From an uncultured Gammaproteobacteria bacterium (lineage in GTDB: Bacteria > Patescibacteriota > Patescibacteriia > UBA1558 > GWA2-36-10): a stretch of 64,000 nucleotides of DNA. A program made the position numbers and the translations under genes. Location: NCBI GenBank assembly GCA_964633905.1, contig CAZWIT010000003.1:67193-131192 (forward strand), in the 5' to 3' direction. Positions 29,770 through 40,272 of this stretch are shown one piece after another (the first letter of the stretch is position 1; each line of letters starts with the position of its first letter). The notes below the pieces were generated by a model. That model had not been told where the DNA came from and searched no databases. It saw only the letters and a program-made list of their open reading frames with translations.

Positions 29770-30546
29770 CTATTGACAGGGACAAACGGCAATTGCTCCG
29801 GAGACTTGAGCACAATTAATTGTGCTAGTAGTATAGCTACAAGTATCATCATCTGCCCAGGCTGGTGGATATTCATCAGCGCCTACGCTACATTCCCCAC
29901 AACTATAAGGATCATTAAATACATCATTCAAAATACATAAAGAATCCTGCTTATAACTAACGCCATTAGGGCAAACTTTATTATTAGCAGCACAAACCGT
30001 ATCGCAACTTTCCGACCAAGCTTCAGTGCCATACCAACAATAACCACCAGCATAAGTTGCACAAGCATCTACTAATCTAGCCTGGTATTCTACTGCTGCC
30101 ACACTATAGCTACAAGAACCAAAAACAATATTATTATTAGCATCGGCTAAAATATAATAACCAGTATCTACCTCGCTACTTTTATCAGGATCAATTGGTA
30201 ATCTGCCTAAATATTTATCAAAAAAATCTTGGTCACTAATCGCTAAACAATACTCAGTACTAGCACCACAAGTAAGTTGAGTGCCTGATTGAGTAGAGCA
30301 CAAAACTTTTTTGCTGCTATTTACCTGCCCTAAAATAGGCAAAGCGCCTTTATGATCGCGCGCATAACTCGTAAAAGCATTAGCAATATTCAAAATATCA
30401 TTTTGACGCCTTTTGTCTTCGGCTTTGCCAACTTGAGCAACTGGATCAACCCAATAAAATACCGCCGTTCCTAAAATCATTAACACGCCTAATACTATTA
30501 ATAACTCAAGTAAAGAAAAACCTTTTTGATCTTTTATTATTTTCAT
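29770..30546 (-). CDS. type IV pilin-like protein with Cys-rich C-terminal domain
   Basis: QKGFSLLELL class III signal; LPIDP. Confidence 0.88.
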   Translation of the reverse strand: MKIIKDQKGFSLLELLIVLGVLMILGTAVFYWVDPVAQVGKAEDKRRQNDILNIANAFTSYARDHKGALPILGQVNSSKKVLCSTQSGTQLTCGASTEYCLAISDQDFFDKYLGRLPIDPDKSSEVDTGYYILADANNNIVFGSCSYSVAAVEYQARLVDACATYAGGYCWYGTEAWSESCDTVCAANNKVCPNGVSYKQDSLCILNDVFNDPYSCGECSVGADEYPPAWADDDTCSYTTSTINCAQVSGAIAVCPCQ

Positions 30547-30550
30547 ATTA

Positions 30551-31411
30551 TTAGCTAAATTCTTCTAATAATTTATCAATATTTCTAACTAGCATTGGCC
30601 GCTTCACTAAAGCTTTACCACTTAGCTGCGGTAATTTACTCGCATAGTGCTCTTTGGGTGCTTGATAAAAAATACCATAAGGAATTTTATCACCCCAAAG
30701 CAAACTGCTCTCTAGGGCTAACTTACGATCTTGTTTATTATAATCTTTTTGTTCATCTAAATTATACAAACGATCATAAAACCACTTAAAGGTATTGATT
30801 TTATTAAAAGTAACACAAGGTTGAAAGACATCGACTAAAGCAAAACCCGGATAAGAAATAGCACTTTTAAATAATTCTTTTAGATGCTGAGCTTGGCCAG
30901 AAAAACCACGTGCCACAAAGCCAATGTTTTGAGCCAGAGATAAAGCAATAGGATTAACAGCTTCATCAATCACCCCTTGAGGAGTTGATTTTGTTTTAAA
31001 ACCTTGATCAGAAGTAGGTGCCGTTTGACCAGTAGTCAAACCATAAACCTTATTATCATGAGTAATATAAGTAGTATTAACATTACCCCTAACAGCATGC
31101 AGAAAATGCCCCAAGCCCTCGCCATAACCATCGCCATCACCACCCATAGCAATAACCGTCAAATCTTGATTAGCTAGTTTTGCTCCCACAGCTGTAGGTA
31201 GCGTGCGTCCATGCAGAGAATGCCAAACATAAGTTTTGGTAAAATTATTATTATTACCAGAGCAACCAATACCATAAACTATTAATACCTGTTCGGGATT
31301 TAAATTAAGCTCAGCTAAAGCTTGCCGCAAAGCAATCCAAATACCAAAATTTCCACAACCTGGACACCAAGTGGGCTGATGCGGTGTTAAAAAATCTTTA
31401 TCCGTCAACAT
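30551..31411 (-). CDS. korB: 2-oxoacid:ferredoxin oxidoreductase beta subunit
   Basis: WCPGCG, GDGD, YGLTTGQ, QPCVTFN. Confidence 0.93.
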   Translation of the reverse strand: MLTDKDFLTPHQPTWCPGCGNFGIWIALRQALAELNLNPEQVLIVYGIGCSGNNNNFTKTYVWHSLHGRTLPTAVGAKLANQDLTVIAMGGDGDGYGEGLGHFLHAVRGNVNTTYITHDNKVYGLTTGQTAPTSDQGFKTKSTPQGVIDEAVNPIALSLAQNIGFVARGFSGQAQHLKELFKSAISYPGFALVDVFQPCVTFNKINTFKWFYDRLYNLDEQKDYNKQDRKLALESSLLWGDKIPYGIFYQAPKEHYASKLPQLSGKALVKRPMLVRNIDKLLEEFS

Positions 31412-31413
31412 AT

Positions 31414-33150
31414 TTATATTTTATTTAAAGCCGCCACTAATTCTTCTCTAAAAAATGGTCGACCATCATATTTTAATAATTTATTTTTAATCAACACGCC
31501 AGTTTCCTGAGCAATTAATTGTCCTAATTGCGCATTGCTATTATTTTCTACTAATAAAATTTGTTTAGATGATTTTAAAATATTGTTTACAAAATCCTTT
31601 GGAAAAGGCCAGATATATTGTAATTGCATCAGCCTAATTTTACTTTGTTGTTTACTAGCTAACTGATTATAAGCATCCAATATTGGTCCTTTAGTTGAAC
31701 CCCAAAAGACCACTGTCTTTTTGGCCCTAGGGTTACCATAGATAATTGGCATTGGCATTTTAGCAGCAAAGGTATTTAATTTTTGCTGACGTTTATCTAC
31801 TTGCGCTTTACGATTAGCACTTGATTCATCAGTATAACCATAGGCATCATGCTCATCGCTATTAGCATTAAACAAACCACCCGGCATGCCTGGTATGGTG
31901 CGCGGTGAAATACCGTCAGCTGTTAAACGATAACGTTGATAATTCTTTATTTTTTTAAGTTGGGCTAAATCTAATAATTTGCCTCGATTGATTTTTATTT
32001 TTTTAACATTAAATCTAGGCACTGTGCTATCACCCTCTGAAATAAATTTATCTAACAAAATAATAACTGGCAACTGATAAATATCAGCTAAATTCAAAGC
32101 CTCAGCCGCCAAATAAAAAGCTTCGCTAGCGTCAGCTGGTGCTAAAATAATTCTGGGAAAATCACCTTGAGCAGCTCGCAATACAAATTGTAAATCTCCC
32201 TGCTCTGTCCAAGTAGGCAGTCCCGTGGCTGGACCTGGTCTTTGTGCATTAACTACTACTAAAGGCGTTTCTGTAATACCGGCCAAGCCCAAAGCTTCTA
32301 CCATTAAAGAAAAACCACCGCCAGAAGTTGCTATCATTGCTCGAGCACCCACAACGGAAGCACCTAAGGCCATATTAATAACAGAAATTTCATCTTCAGC
32401 GTGCTTTACAACAAGGCCAGTCTCTTCGGCAACTTGAGCTAAATAATGTAAAATAGAAGATGAAGGGGTCATGGGATAGCCAGCGTAAAAATTAAGACCC
32501 CCAGCCAAAGCTCCTAAAGCAGTGGCCTCATTAGCACTAATTAAAATATTAGTATTAACTTTGTAGCTGACTAACTGACAATAAAATTGTTGCTGATAAA
32601 CAGTCTGCAATTCCTTAAAACCTAAGGCCAAGGCTTTTAAATTACTACTTACCAACTCTTTGCCTTTACCTTTAAAATTTTCTTTAACTACCTGATTAGC
32701 AATCGTTAAGTCTTGTCCAACTAAAGCAAGCGTTGCCCCTAAAGCAACAACATTGCGCATAATATCTCCACCCGCCAATTTAGCAATCGTGGTTAATGGC
32801 AAGGGAATAAAATTAATTTTAGGGTTATATTTTTTTATTTTTAGATTTATTTTATCTTCATCATAAATTACTACTCCACCCGCAACTAATTCTTCATGAT
32901 GTAAATTAATAGTCTCTTGATTTAAGGCTACCAGTACATCAATTTGGGCATTAACGCTATTGGTTTCTTTGATATCAATAGTTAATTGAAATGTATTATG
33001 CCCACCTCGAATCAAAGAAGGATATTCGGTGTAATCAAATACTTCATAACCTGCTTTCATAAAAATTTTAGCCAAGATCATACCAGCTGATTTAATACCA
33101 AAACCAGCTTCACCACCAATTTTCCAGTTAAGATTATTTTTACTAATCAT
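31414..33150 (-). CDS. korA: 2-oxoacid:ferredoxin oxidoreductase alpha subunit
   Basis: GGEAGFGI, YPMTPSS, EDEI, QRPGPATGLPT. Confidence 0.93.
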   Translation of the reverse strand: MISKNNLNWKIGGEAGFGIKSAGMILAKIFMKAGYEVFDYTEYPSLIRGGHNTFQLTIDIKETNSVNAQIDVLVALNQETINLHHEELVAGGVVIYDEDKINLKIKKYNPKINFIPLPLTTIAKLAGGDIMRNVVALGATLALVGQDLTIANQVVKENFKGKGKELVSSNLKALALGFKELQTVYQQQFYCQLVSYKVNTNILISANEATALGALAGGLNFYAGYPMTPSSSILHYLAQVAEETGLVVKHAEDEISVINMALGASVVGARAMIATSGGGFSLMVEALGLAGITETPLVVVNAQRPGPATGLPTWTEQGDLQFVLRAAQGDFPRIILAPADASEAFYLAAEALNLADIYQLPVIILLDKFISEGDSTVPRFNVKKIKINRGKLLDLAQLKKIKNYQRYRLTADGISPRTIPGMPGGLFNANSDEHDAYGYTDESSANRKAQVDKRQQKLNTFAAKMPMPIIYGNPRAKKTVVFWGSTKGPILDAYNQLASKQQSKIRLMQLQYIWPFPKDFVNNILKSSKQILLVENNSNAQLGQLIAQETGVLIKNKLLKYDGRPFFREELVAALNKI

Positions 33151-33175
33151 AAATATAGTTTCTAATTTCTAAACA

Positions 33176-33315
33176 TTCACCCCGTGGAATACCACCAAAA
33201 TTTAACAAATAAATTTTAATTGCTATTTAAATATTTTTATAATAACAATTCAAAATTATAAAACTAAAGCTGGTGGTAGTTTCCGCTTACAGCGGAAACT
33301 ATTCCACTGGGTAAA
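33176..33315. mobile_element. MITE-like palindrome in the korA 5'UTR
   Basis: accccgtggaataccacca / tggtggta..tattccactgggt with a nested hairpin. Confidence 0.65.
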
Positions 33316-33447
33316 TTATAACAGAAAGCTCAATTATTTTCTAATTAAAACAAAACCCAGCCCTTTACAGAGGGGCTGGATCGGTAGGCCTTAGAGCAAA
33401 CCTTAAAAAAATATTAGTCAGGGGGGCATTTTATTAAATTTTAATAA

Positions 33448-33531
33448 TTAAGCATAGCTGGCATAAGCTGCCCAACTAAACAAAAGTAAAATGTGCATTG
33501 AATAGCTACTTAGATAAAATTTATTTATCAT
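33448..33531 (-). CDS. putative 27-aa hydrophobic peptide
   Basis: MINKFYLSSYSMHILLLFSWAAYASYA; third of three tandem ORFs. Confidence 0.35.
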   Translation of the reverse strand: MINKFYLSSYSMHILLLFSWAAYASYA

Positions 33532-33542
33532 ATGTTTTATAA

Positions 33543-33683
33543 TTATATCCAGGTTGATGCCCAGACAAAATAACTTAACACTATCAGGGATAAAATAGCC
33601 CAATTTTCATGACTAGCAACTTCGGGCGAGCAATAAAAATCGCTTTTACGCCAAGAAGTTACCTTGCATTGTGGTGTTTCCAT
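33543..33683 (-). CDS. putative 46-aa membrane peptide
   Basis: METPQCKVTSWRKSDFYCSPEVASHENWAILSLIVLSYFVWASTWI. Confidence 0.5.
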   Translation of the reverse strand: METPQCKVTSWRKSDFYCSPEVASHENWAILSLIVLSYFVWASTWI

Positions 33684-33712
33684 AATTTTATTTTTATTTA
33701 ATTATAATTAAC

Positions 33713-33856
33713 TTAAACTGTTTGACTCATCATTACTATTAAAGTAATAGACCCTACTAAACATAGTAAGATAATTGCCCAATAATCACCGGATCGCAAT
33801 TTGGCATCACCGGGGCGTACTACTAATCTAAAAGATTTAATTTGACCATCATTCAT
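33713..33856 (-). CDS. putative 47-aa membrane peptide
   Basis: MNDGQIKSFRLVVRPGDAKLRSGDYWAIILLCLVGSITLIVMMSQTV. Confidence 0.5.
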   Translation of the reverse strand: MNDGQIKSFRLVVRPGDAKLRSGDYWAIILLCLVGSITLIVMMSQTV

Positions 33857-34022
33857 ATATTTTATAGATAAATAAAAAATTGGCCGCAAGAGACAGTTCT
33901 CTTAAGCCAATTTTAAACTACATATACATGATAGCATAAAAAAATGCTTTTGTCAATCAAAACAAATATTTTTTATTAAAAAATCCCGCCTAACGCCTGT
34001 AATAACGTTTCAGCGGGAAAAA

Positions 34023-34196
34023 TCATTTTGAAGAAAAAACTTCTTCTCGAAAATCACCCTCGCTGGTATATACTTCTAATTCACTGGCAGTATCCTCTGA
34101 TTCACTTGCAAACATTTTAAATACATAGACTAATAAACATATCAGACCAAAACCTAGACCCAACAAACAAAGAATGATAATAAGGACGATTTTCAT
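34023..34196 (-). CDS. SD-led small membrane protein (57 aa)
   Basis: AAGGAGG before ATG 34196; TM plus acidic tail; own promoter and terminator. Confidence 0.65.
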   Translation of the reverse strand: MKIVLIIILCLLGLGFGLICLLVYVFKMFASESEDTASELEVYTSEGDFREEVFSSK

Positions 34197-34342
34197 CTTT
34201 TCCCCTCCTTCAAGGATAAAGGACAAGCTAGGTCACTCCTATTACTTTAATATACTAAACAAATTATGCTGATTTTGCAATATATAAAAATAAAACCCAC
34301 CGCGTCAGACACGGTGAGCTAAAAATAACTCACAAGTTTATA

Positions 34343-34564
34343 TTAACTTGATAATACGAATACGAATTTCTCTTTGAGATCATAAGTATCTATGGCTCTT
34401 ACCCCACAAAGCGGACAACCATACACTCTATCAGTATAAGGATTTAGTTGAGCATTAACATTGCAGGTCTTACATTTGTAAGAATTTATTTCTCTCCACT
34501 TACCGCCAGAGCCAACCGCTAAATCAAGAATATCTTCATGCCTTTTACAACTAGGAATAGGCAC
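34343..34564 (-). CDS. SD-led zinc-finger small protein
   Basis: AGGAGG before GTG; CKTC...CPLC; TTGACA-17-TATGCT promoter. Confidence 0.7.
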   Translation of the reverse strand: MPIPSCKRHEDILDLAVGSGGKWREINSYKCKTCNVNAQLNPYTDRVYGCPLCGVRAIDTYDLKEKFVFVLSS

Positions 34565-34723
34565 AATCCTACCTCCTGTGAGCTAGTTAACAATGATCGG
34601 GACAAAAATAGCATAAGTGAAAACAACAACATTGTCAATTTAAGAAAAAGAAAAGGCCTGCTACGATCTTGCTAGATAAGCAAGGAGCAGGCCTTTGAAT
34701 ACGAGTCTTGACACTAGCCTGGG

Positions 34724-35791
34724 CTAGCCACGACGCAGACTGCGCCAGTTGATCGGCTGAGGAGCCACTTGCTGACGCAAACTCTGGCAACGCTCCAGGC
34801 CGAAGCAGTGGAAGGGGCACTCTTGCCCCAAGCACTGCTTGGTTTCCCGGCAGTGCTCATGGGGCAGGTGGTCCGAGCGCACGCCCAGAATAGCAGCGGC
34901 CACAATGACCTCAAACGACAGCTGAGTGACCGGCACGTCCGGATGACTCAAGCTACCATTGAGAAACATCTGGCCGGCTTTCTGGTAGTGCCACTCTTCG
35001 GCACCTTCTACCTTGCCTTCTTGGGCAAGGGTCTCGGCATCCAAGGACTCTTCCAAGCCCTTGGTGGAGCGTTCGCCAACGCGGAGAATGCGCGCCACGT
35101 CTTCCAGTCGCCAGTTCTGCCTGTTGCAGAAAATCTGGACATGCCCAGAAGAACGCTGCACAATCACCACGTCAGCCGCCAGACCGCCGTCCTCGACAGA
35201 GGCACGCGCCATGTTCACAGACATGGTATTGTCGGTCTTGAGCACTGCCAGACGGCAGGCCTTCTGACCGACGACCAGGTCGTGAATTTCGGAATCAGCC
35301 AGCTCGACGCGCGCCGCCTGCCCTCGCTCTTGCTCGGCGTACTTGGCATCAAGTGCCATAATAGCCCAGATAAGAGCATGTTCAGGATCTTTGACGTAGT
35401 GGAACATCAGCTTGGTCAGGGAGAACAAGTCAAAAGGCTGACTGCCTCCGCGTGTGTCGATCCGATGTGTGAATGCCAAAATCTTGGCCAGCGCCGGATC
35501 AGAATCAATCCCTAAGTCCTTGGCTACCAAAGTAGCCGCACACTCAGGACTGGCCTGACCGTTGCGATGTTCGTCAAAACGACCACCGCCAACGCCGATC
35601 AGCAGACAGCCGTCTGCTTCCCACTCTTCTGCCGAGCGATTGTCCGGCGACTTACCACCAGACCAATACTCGACAACAGCCTGATCCACGCCAGGGTATT
35701 TCTTGCTACCCCAGCGCCAGAGCATCCAGATAGCCACGATCTCGTCGAGATGTGGCTTCAGATGCGTCACGATCCTGCGAATATTAGGCAT
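34724..35791 (-). CDS. GC-rich MYG1/DHH-like phosphoesterase with Cys-rich C-terminus
   Basis: IVTHLKPHLDE, GVGGGRFDEH, CAATLV; AAGGAG SD; TTGACA-17-TATAAT promoter. Confidence 0.75.
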   Translation of the reverse strand: MPNIRRIVTHLKPHLDEIVAIWMLWRWGSKKYPGVDQAVVEYWSGGKSPDNRSAEEWEADGCLLIGVGGGRFDEHRNGQASPECAATLVAKDLGIDSDPALAKILAFTHRIDTRGGSQPFDLFSLTKLMFHYVKDPEHALIWAIMALDAKYAEQERGQAARVELADSEIHDLVVGQKACRLAVLKTDNTMSVNMARASVEDGGLAADVVIVQRSSGHVQIFCNRQNWRLEDVARILRVGERSTKGLEESLDAETLAQEGKVEGAEEWHYQKAGQMFLNGSLSHPDVPVTQLSFEVIVAAAILGVRSDHLPHEHCRETKQCLGQECPFHCFGLERCQSLRQQVAPQPINWRSLRRG

Positions 35792-35962
35792 GAGCCTCTC
35801 CTTCTGCTGCTACTTGCAGCTAGTAATCAAGACTAGGTTGACAATGAACAATCATAGTATTATATCATATATATTAGATTTTGTCAATATTATAAAATTG
35901 ACTGTTTAGCCTATTTTCATTATTATTAATATACTTAAAAAGCTTTAATAAATACTTTATAT

Positions 35963-36178
35963 ATGAGAATAGAAGTAGATAGAGAATTATGCATTAGCGT
36001 AGCCTCTTGCGTAGCGGTTGCCCCTAATACCTTTGAGCTTGACGATGAGGGCATTGCTGTTATCAAAAACCCCACAGGTGATGACGAAAAAACTATTTTA
36101 CAGGCTGCCCAAAGCTGCCCAGTAAATGCTATACGAATTTTTGATGATGCTGGTAAACAAATTCATCCACCTCAATAA
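35963..36178 (+). CDS. ferredoxin (single cluster)
   Basis: CISVASCVAVAP...CPVNAI. Confidence 0.9.
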   Translation: MRIEVDRELCISVASCVAVAPNTFELDDEGIAVIKNPTGDDEKTILQAAQSCPVNAIRIFDDAGKQIHPPQ

Positions 36179-36186
36179 TAAAAATT

Positions 36187-36642
36187 ATGACCACTCAAGA
36201 TAAAAATAAATTGGTGCTCGGCCAGCAGGCACCGCTTTTTGTCTTAAAAACTCAAAGTGGCCAAAAAATAAATTTAGCTGACTTCAAAGGCAAGAAAAAT
36301 GTCTTGCTCGTTTTCTATCCTGGCGATAACACCCCTGGTTGTACTCGCCAACTCTGCGCTTTGCGTGATGATTATCATCAATTCCAAAATAAAGATACTG
36401 CTATTTTTGGTATTAATCACGCCGATGCTCAATCTCATCAAAAATTTATTGACCATTACCAGTTTCCTTTTGATCTATTGATAGATAATGATAAAAAAGT
36501 TTCCCTGGAATATGGTGCTATCAAATTATTTTTCAATAAAACTATTATCAAGCGAACGGTAGTCTTAATAGACAAAGAAGGAAAAATTATTTATCTAAAA
36601 CGCGGTCTACCAGCTAACGAAGAAATATTAAAAAAATTGTAA
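36187..36642 (+). CDS. bcp: peroxiredoxin BCP
   Basis: FYPGDNTPGCTRQLC. Confidence 0.9.
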   Translation: MTTQDKNKLVLGQQAPLFVLKTQSGQKINLADFKGKKNVLLVFYPGDNTPGCTRQLCALRDDYHQFQNKDTAIFGINHADAQSHQKFIDHYQFPFDLLIDNDKKVSLEYGAIKLFFNKTIIKRTVVLIDKEGKIIYLKRGLPANEEILKKL

Positions 36643-36653
36643 GATCTTTATTT

Positions 36654-37919
36654 ATGAAAAAAAATATCAAAGAAAATATATATTTAGACCATGCTGCCAC
36701 CACTCCTACTGATCCCGAAGTAGTAGCTGCGATGGCACCATATTGGACAGAAAAATTTGGCAATCCTTCTAGCCTTTATGCCCTAGGTTTAGAAGCTAAA
36801 AATGCTATAGACGCTGCTCGCCTTAACATTGCTAAGTTTTTAAACTGCAAAGAAAATGAAATTATTTTTACTGGCGGTGGCACTGAAAGCATTAATTTAG
36901 CCATCAAGGGTTTATGCTATAACTATTTAAATGCTGAAAAAAAACCACATTTAATCATTTCTAGTATTGAGCATCACGCTGTTTTTGCGGCTGCCGAAAG
37001 ATTGGTTAAACAAGGCTTTTCTGTATCAGTAATACCAGTCGATGCTGATGGTCTAATCATAATGTCAGAATTAGAAAAAGCTGTTCAAGATAACACTCTG
37101 CTAATCAGCATCATGCTGGCCAACAATGAAGTTGGCACCATACAACCTATTCAAAAAATTGGTAACTGGCTAAGTAAATTAAATCAAGATAGAAGCAAAA
37201 ATAATTTAAATAAAATTTATCTACACACTGATGCTTGCCAAGCAGCTGGTAGCTTGGACCTGGATGTAAATAAATTACACGTTGATTTGCTTACTTTAAA
37301 TGGCAGCAAAATATACGGACCAAAAGGCATTGGTGTTTTGTATATTAAATCTGGGACTAATTTAGTTCCCTTAATAGATGGTGGTGGCCAAGAAAGAAAT
37401 TTACGCTCTGGAACTGAAAATATTCCCGCTATCATTGGTCTAGCTAAAGCTTTGAATCTAGCTCAAAATACAAAAGAAGCCGAAAATAAAAGATTGATCG
37501 ATTTACGCGACTGGCTAATCAAGGAATTATTAACTAAAATTCCTAAAACTATTTTAAATGGCCATGCAGAAGAACGCTTAGCTAACAATGTAAATATTTC
37601 CTTTTTAGATGTTGAAGGCGAAGCCCTGTTATTATACTTAGACGAAGTCGGCATCCAAGCTTCTACTGGCTCAGCTTGCACTTCTACTACCCTAGAACCT
37701 TCCCATGTTATTCGCGCTTTAGGTAGACCTTATGAAGCTGCGCATGGTTCTTTACGCTTTACTTTAGGAAAACAGACCACTAAAAAAGACCTAGAATATT
37801 TAATAGAAAAATTATCTATCATAGTTGATAAACTACGCAAAGCTTCACCGGTAATAGTAGATATGGATGAACTTGAACGCGCTATCCAAGAAGCACCAAA
37901 AAAAATTATTAACTTATAA
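36654..37919 (+). CDS. iscS: cysteine desulfurase IscS/NifS
   Basis: YLDHAATTP, SKIYGPKG, STGSACTS. Confidence 0.95.
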   Translation: MKKNIKENIYLDHAATTPTDPEVVAAMAPYWTEKFGNPSSLYALGLEAKNAIDAARLNIAKFLNCKENEIIFTGGGTESINLAIKGLCYNYLNAEKKPHLIISSIEHHAVFAAAERLVKQGFSVSVIPVDADGLIIMSELEKAVQDNTLLISIMLANNEVGTIQPIQKIGNWLSKLNQDRSKNNLNKIYLHTDACQAAGSLDLDVNKLHVDLLTLNGSKIYGPKGIGVLYIKSGTNLVPLIDGGGQERNLRSGTENIPAIIGLAKALNLAQNTKEAENKRLIDLRDWLIKELLTKIPKTILNGHAEERLANNVNISFLDVEGEALLLYLDEVGIQASTGSACTSTTLEPSHVIRALGRPYEAAHGSLRFTLGKQTTKKDLEYLIEKLSIIVDKLRKASPVIVDMDELERAIQEAPKKIINL

Positions 37920-37944
37920 ATTACAAAATAACTAAATTACATAT

Positions 37945-38625
37945 ATGTCTCAACAAAATAAAACAACTACGCTTACCAGCGCTAGCGAAATGGACATTGT
38001 ACCAAAAGCCGGCCAAGAATCTTGGCTTTATTCTGATATTGTTAAAGAACATTTCTTTAACCCTAAAAATCTGATTTCTGATGCCAGTCAAATGCAAAAT
38101 TACGACGGCCTAGGCATGGTAGGATCTCCTGCCTGCGGTGATATGATGAAAATCTGGATTTGGGTTGATAAAGACAAAGACACTATTAAAGATATGAAAT
38201 GGCAAACTTTTGGTTGTGCTTCAGCTATCGGCGCTACCTCGATGTTGTCTGTCATGGTTACTGAAAATGGCGGTATGAAAATTGATCAAGCTTTAAAAAT
38301 TCAAGCTCAAGATATTACCGCTCGTTTAGGTGGATTGCCTACTCGCAAAATTCACTGTTCTGTTTTAGGTGACAAGGCTTTACGTTCGGCTATAAATAAT
38401 TATTTTTTCAAAAGCAATCAAAAAGATCGCATTGTCGAAGAAAAAGCCCGCATCATCGACAAGGTAGCACAAGTAACTGACCACGATATCGAAGAAGCTG
38501 TCTTAGAAGGAGCTATCACTTTAGAAGCTGTACAGAAAAAAACTAAAGTTGGCGTTGGTCAACCAGAAGTTATTCCTGAAGTAGAACAATTAATCAGATT
38601 TTACCAAGAAAAATATTTTGGCTAA
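37945..38625 (+). CDS. iscU: IscU/NifU scaffold with C-terminal BFD-like domain
   Basis: GSPACGD, FGCASAI, KIHCS. Confidence 0.9.
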   Translation: MSQQNKTTTLTSASEMDIVPKAGQESWLYSDIVKEHFFNPKNLISDASQMQNYDGLGMVGSPACGDMMKIWIWVDKDKDTIKDMKWQTFGCASAIGATSMLSVMVTENGGMKIDQALKIQAQDITARLGGLPTRKIHCSVLGDKALRSAINNYFFKSNQKDRIVEEKARIIDKVAQVTDHDIEEAVLEGAITLEAVQKKTKVGVGQPEVIPEVEQLIRFYQEKYFG

Positions 38626-38628
38626 AAA

Positions 38629-38715
38629 TGTCATGCCGAACTTGTTTCAGCATCTCCGGACTTATTATAAATATTTAGAGACCCTGAATCCGCCGGCTGG
38701 CGGATCAGGGTGACA
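38629..38715. repeat. REP-like palindromic element with nested mini-hairpin
   Basis: tgtcatgccgaacttgtttcagcatctc...gagaccctga[atccgccggctggcgga]tcagggtgaca. Confidence 0.75.
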
Positions 38716-38738
38716 ATTATTAACTAACACAAAAAAAT

Positions 38739-39359
38739 ATGAACAAACAATTTATTACGCCCGACTTAAGCTATACTTATGACGCGCTAGAACCATATAT
38801 TGATAAAGAAACCATGATGGTTCACCACGACAAACATCATGTTACTTATACTACTAATCTAAATAAGGCTTTGGAAAAATATCCAGAATGGTTTGACAAA
38901 AGCATTGAAGAAATTTTAAGCAACTTAAATGCCGTACCAGAAGACATAAGATTAGCTGTCAAAAATCATGGCGGCGGACATTTACATCACAATATTTTTT
39001 GGGCGACCATGAGGCCAGCTCAAGAAAATAATTTACCGGGTGCTAAGTTACTGGCTGCTATTGAAAAAGATTTTGGCAGTTTCGATAAATTTAAAGAAGA
39101 TTTAAATGCTGCGGCTAGCACTGTTTTTGGCGCAGGCTGGGCTTGGCTATCATTTGCCGACAATAAGTTAATCATCGAAAAAACTGCCAACCAAGATAGT
39201 CCTTGTAGCCTTGGACATACTCCTCTATTGGGCATTGATGTTTGGGAGCATGCTTATTATCTCAAATATCAAAATCGTCGCGTGGAATATATCCAAAATT
39301 TTTGGCCAATTATTAATTGGGCAGCAGTAGAGGCTAGATTTTTAGAAGTACAAAAATAA
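38739..39359 (+). CDS. sodA: Mn/Fe superoxide dismutase
   Basis: [21 protein letters not shown]. Confidence 0.95.
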   Translation: MNKQFITPDLSYTYDALEPYIDKETMMVHHDKHHVTYTTNLNKALEKYPEWFDKSIEEILSNLNAVPEDIRLAVKNHGGGHLHHNIFWATMRPAQENNLPGAKLLAAIEKDFGSFDKFKEDLNAAASTVFGAGWAWLSFADNKLIIEKTANQDSPCSLGHTPLLGIDVWEHAYYLKYQNRRVEYIQNFWPIINWAAVEARFLEVQK

Positions 39360-39361
39360 TT

Positions 39362-40252
39362 ATGGAAAACACAGAGCGAGATATTATAGTAATTTCTGAA
39401 GGCGGTAGTATTCGCGGTATTTTTAGTGCCGGTGTATTTTCTGCTTTACAAAAAGCTAACATCTACCCCCGCCTACATTCAGTCTACGCCGTATCTTGTG
39501 GCGCCCATAATGCCGCCTATTTTTTAGCTGAAGACACTGATAAAGGTGTAATAGTCTACTTAGACTATTTAGGTCGTAAAAATATTTTCTTACGTAACTT
39601 GTCATTTTTAATGATGGCTAAACAATTTTTTCGCATGCTACTGTTTAAAAAGAATTTTGATGTTATTGACTTGGACTATTTAGAAAATATTGAAACCGAT
39701 GTTTTCCCGCTCAATGTCCAAAAAATCAAAGAATCGCCAGTTAATTTCTACGTAAAAGTCTTGGATCCAAAATCTTTGGAAATAAAATATTTAGATGCCA
39801 AAGAAGATACTTTGTCCCGCATTATCCAATCATCAAATATGCCTCTTTATGCCAACTCCCTACGCAAAGAAGATGCCTATGTAGACGGTGGTATTATGCC
39901 GACTGATGACTTTATCAAAAATGTTGTTGAAAAAAATTTAGATAAGCAAATTATCTATATTCTAAATGAAAAAAAGACAAAATTTTCTGTAACCAAATCT
40001 TTATGGTATGATCTACTAGATATTGCTATGAAGACTCGTTACTTTGGTATTAAATATGGACGCAAGCATCTCCGCAATATCATGAATTATCCTTATGCTC
40101 ACAATTTGAAAAAATATCCGCACGTACATTTAATTTATGATGATACCAAAAATTATAAATTACGAGTTGACCAAGAAAAAGCTTTAAAGTCTTATAAATA
40201 CGGCCAGGATAAGGGCAATGAAATTTTAAGAAAATTAAATATAATTAAATAA
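39362..40252 (+). CDS. patatin-like protein
   Basis: EGGSIRG, AVSCG, DGG. Confidence 0.8.
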   Translation: MENTERDIIVISEGGSIRGIFSAGVFSALQKANIYPRLHSVYAVSCGAHNAAYFLAEDTDKGVIVYLDYLGRKNIFLRNLSFLMMAKQFFRMLLFKKNFDVIDLDYLENIETDVFPLNVQKIKESPVNFYVKVLDPKSLEIKYLDAKEDTLSRIIQSSNMPLYANSLRKEDAYVDGGIMPTDDFIKNVVEKNLDKQIIYILNEKKTKFSVTKSLWYDLLDIAMKTRYFGIKYGRKHLRNIMNYPYAHNLKKYPHVHLIYDDTKNYKLRVDQEKALKSYKYGQDKGNEILRKLNIIK

Positions 40253-40272
40253 TTATTAAAATAATAAAAAAT

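Noticed and set aside
34635-35909. Several overlapping ORFs, including a 248-aa + strand ORF
   Set aside because: Stop-poor shadows of the GC-rich MYG1-like gene; no SD or motifs
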